A DNA stretch of 64,000 bases from Neoechinorhynchus agilis (lineage: Eukaryota > Animalia > Acanthocephala): contig CM121342.1 in assembly GCA_051530055.1 (NCBI GenBank), forward strand, positions 1,894,797-1,958,796. Reading direction: 5' to 3'. How positions within the stretch are numbered: the first letter of the stretch is position 1; each line of letters starts with the position of its first letter. The position numbers were made by a program, and so were the translations under genes. A model generated the notes under the pieces. That model was not told the DNA's origin, did no database searches, and saw only the letters and a list, made by a program, of their open reading frames with translations. Positions 62,035-64,000 of the stretch are shown one piece after another.

Positions 62035-62450
62035 ATGAAATGATGAAATGATGAAATGCCCTCTTTAAATTAAGAAATCAAAGGATGAAAAATAATTTAA
62101 TATTTCGAATTTTAAGCCATAAGATCATTCACACCACCGCTCTGGATCACTCAGCTGCCGTCCTGGTGTAGCGGTCGAAAGTACGGATGCAGCGTTCCCT
62201 CGTTGCACAGCCAGACGAATGTTTTGTAGGAGGAATGCTCCTGATCTCGGATCGCCAGTGATTCGTCTCAATCGCTTGACCAGGTCCTGCGCTGCGGGAC
62301 CAAACGACCCGAGCGTCTCGACGCCAAAGGGAATGAAATAATGATTTTGTCCTTCTGCGTTCCTCAGCGGCGGTTGCTGCCCCCTGGTTTAATGGTGGCG
62401 AATTTTATGTTGTTGGCTGCGAACGCGTCCACGCACGTAGCGTCCTACGT
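62035..62450 (-). mobile_element. Duplicate of the truncated CRE-like element
   Basis: Same sequence as 54703-55118, with one substitution seen. Confidence 0.85.
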
Positions 62451-62733
62451 TAAACTAAGATCAAATCAATCACAGAAGCTTATATTTTGAAGAAATGAAG
62501 GCAATGATAATTTTTGCTTCGCTGAATTTTAGAATGTTGACACTTTTATCGTTTAGTAGCATGATAATTATTTACATGCAAAATTTCGATAACAATTTTT
62601 CTAAAGTGCAACAAATTACTTTTCGATATTATTTGTGATTATGATAGAAAATAACAAGCCAATAAAATCGACCCCTTTTCTTTCAAAAAATTGATACTGT
62701 AAGTACTAGTTTTAGCCGCAATATAACCTCACT

Positions 62734-63121
62734 ATGCCAATTCCGTGCCTCAGTCAATTCTCTTTCGCTGTTGTTCAATCTTACGTTTTTGAACTTCACA
62801 ACAGAATTTGCGATGAACTTAGACGTCAAAGATCGGTCAGTCTTGAGTTGCGGAATTATAATGTAGGATTCCCCATCAATAGAGAAAAAGTTCCAATCGT
62901 TGTTCGGGTAAGTTTAAAAACTTTTAAATTTTATGACCGACTTCTTCGATTAGCTATTCGTTGAAAGATGGGAATATGTTGATGCTCACATCGAAGCTGT
63001 TCTTCAACCAGACAGATTGTTCGAGCCTCGTTTTGTCAGGATTCTGGCACGTCAATTTCATCCATCTGCTAATCTTCCAACTCCAACGGAAAATGGATAC
63101 ATTGTCCAGATGAGGCGATAA
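62734..63121 (+). CDS. Duplicate of the orphan two-exon 113-aa gene
   Basis: Appears identical to 55402-55789. Confidence 0.6.
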
Positions 63122-63421
63122 AATTATTTATGAAAATTATTTTATCAACATATTAAGCTTATTTAACCAAATAAAATATTTAATCAAATTAATTTATGTT
63201 ACGATGTAAAATATTTTTTTGATTTAAAAATTTACGATCGCTTCGAACACAAAGAACTGATATGCTTTTATGACAAAATTTGAATCTACGCGGTCATCTG
63301 ATTATCCGTTGATTAATCAAATATTAACATTTTGTTTCTGTTTTCGTATTAACCCCAGGTCGAGATTTTCTGATGATATCATTTTTTATATTTAATATTT
63401 CAACGGCCGCTTTGTTTCAAA

Positions 63422-63744
63422 GAATAAGAGAGAAAACAGCTCCTTGGGGGACCCTCGTTGATTGCTAAGGTGTTCGAGGCGATGCTCCCTATTTCGATAA
63501 ATTGTAATCTATTGTTTAGAACGGATTTCAACCCTCAAAATTTAAGCATGCATCGAAAAGATTGGGTTTTGACCGACCGAATCAAAAACTTTCTGAATGT
63601 CGATTTGGATGAGTCGAGAGATAAATAAAGGTTGTGCGTCGAGATTACAAAAAAAATCTTAGATGCATAGAAGAGCATCCGTCCACGAAAAGAATAGATG
63701 AAATTATTCGATTGAACATTGACAGAAGGTGTGCTTTAAAGCAT
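63422..63744 (-). mobile_element. Duplicate LINE RT fragment
   Basis: Appears identical to 56090-56412. Confidence 0.8.
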
Positions 63745-64000
63745 CCCTCGATTATATAAGCACGTATTTGTTATTTTAAAACACGACATCAGTCGACGAC
63801 GAAAAGTAAATCTACATGATATCTGGGCATTTAGCCATTAGAAAGTTTGCATTATTATACGTCTTTGTGAAAATATTCAACATTATATCGTGTATTTGGC
63901 AAAACTTGAGGTAAAACTATCTATAGCATTTTTCAAGTAAGCAGTTAAAACAAAAATGACGAGAAATCATGGATACAATTATCTCAAAAAATTTAACGCG

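Larger units (their letters stand above)
61171..64000 (+). repeat. Copy 2 of the segmental duplication; runs off the window end
   Basis: Matches 53838-56668. Confidence 0.97.

Overview
Eukaryotic (animal) genomic DNA from a very compact genome with short GT-AG introns (about 35-80 nt). The myosin looks spiralian/lophotrochozoan-like, but I cannot name the species. Recognisable genes: HSP90B1 (ends KDEL after splicing), RPS24, MNAT1, SMC2, a CCAR1/DBC1-family gene, an ankyrin-less ANKZF1/Vms1, a ZNF800-like zinc finger, ECT2, a muscle myosin heavy chain and a REXO5-like exonuclease, plus orphans, including a protein with six GY[AE][YHF]RYRxS repeats. There are two large satellite arrays (about 32 x 302 bp at 5.2-15.0 kb and about 12 x 404 bp at 28.4-33.4 kb), many retroelement relics (CRE-like RLE, APE-RT LINE, probable Penelope-like with hammerhead-like cores) and a near-identical duplication of at least 2.8 kb at a 7.33-kb offset. 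The most interesting signals are: (1) an ANKZF1-CCAR1 pair separated by only 47 U-rich nt ending AG|ATG, with splice acceptors just before most start codons, suggesting operons and spliced-leader trans-splicing; (2) a TA-flanked 242-bp inverted-repeat insert without GT-AG ends inside an otherwise intact REXO5 frame, and a direct-repeat-flanked 1.3-kb insert inside the CCAR1 DBC1 domain; (3) hairpin-rich satellites, one a weak SL-RNA-array candidate. No database searches or folding programs were run. All homologies were recognised by eye from known motifs.
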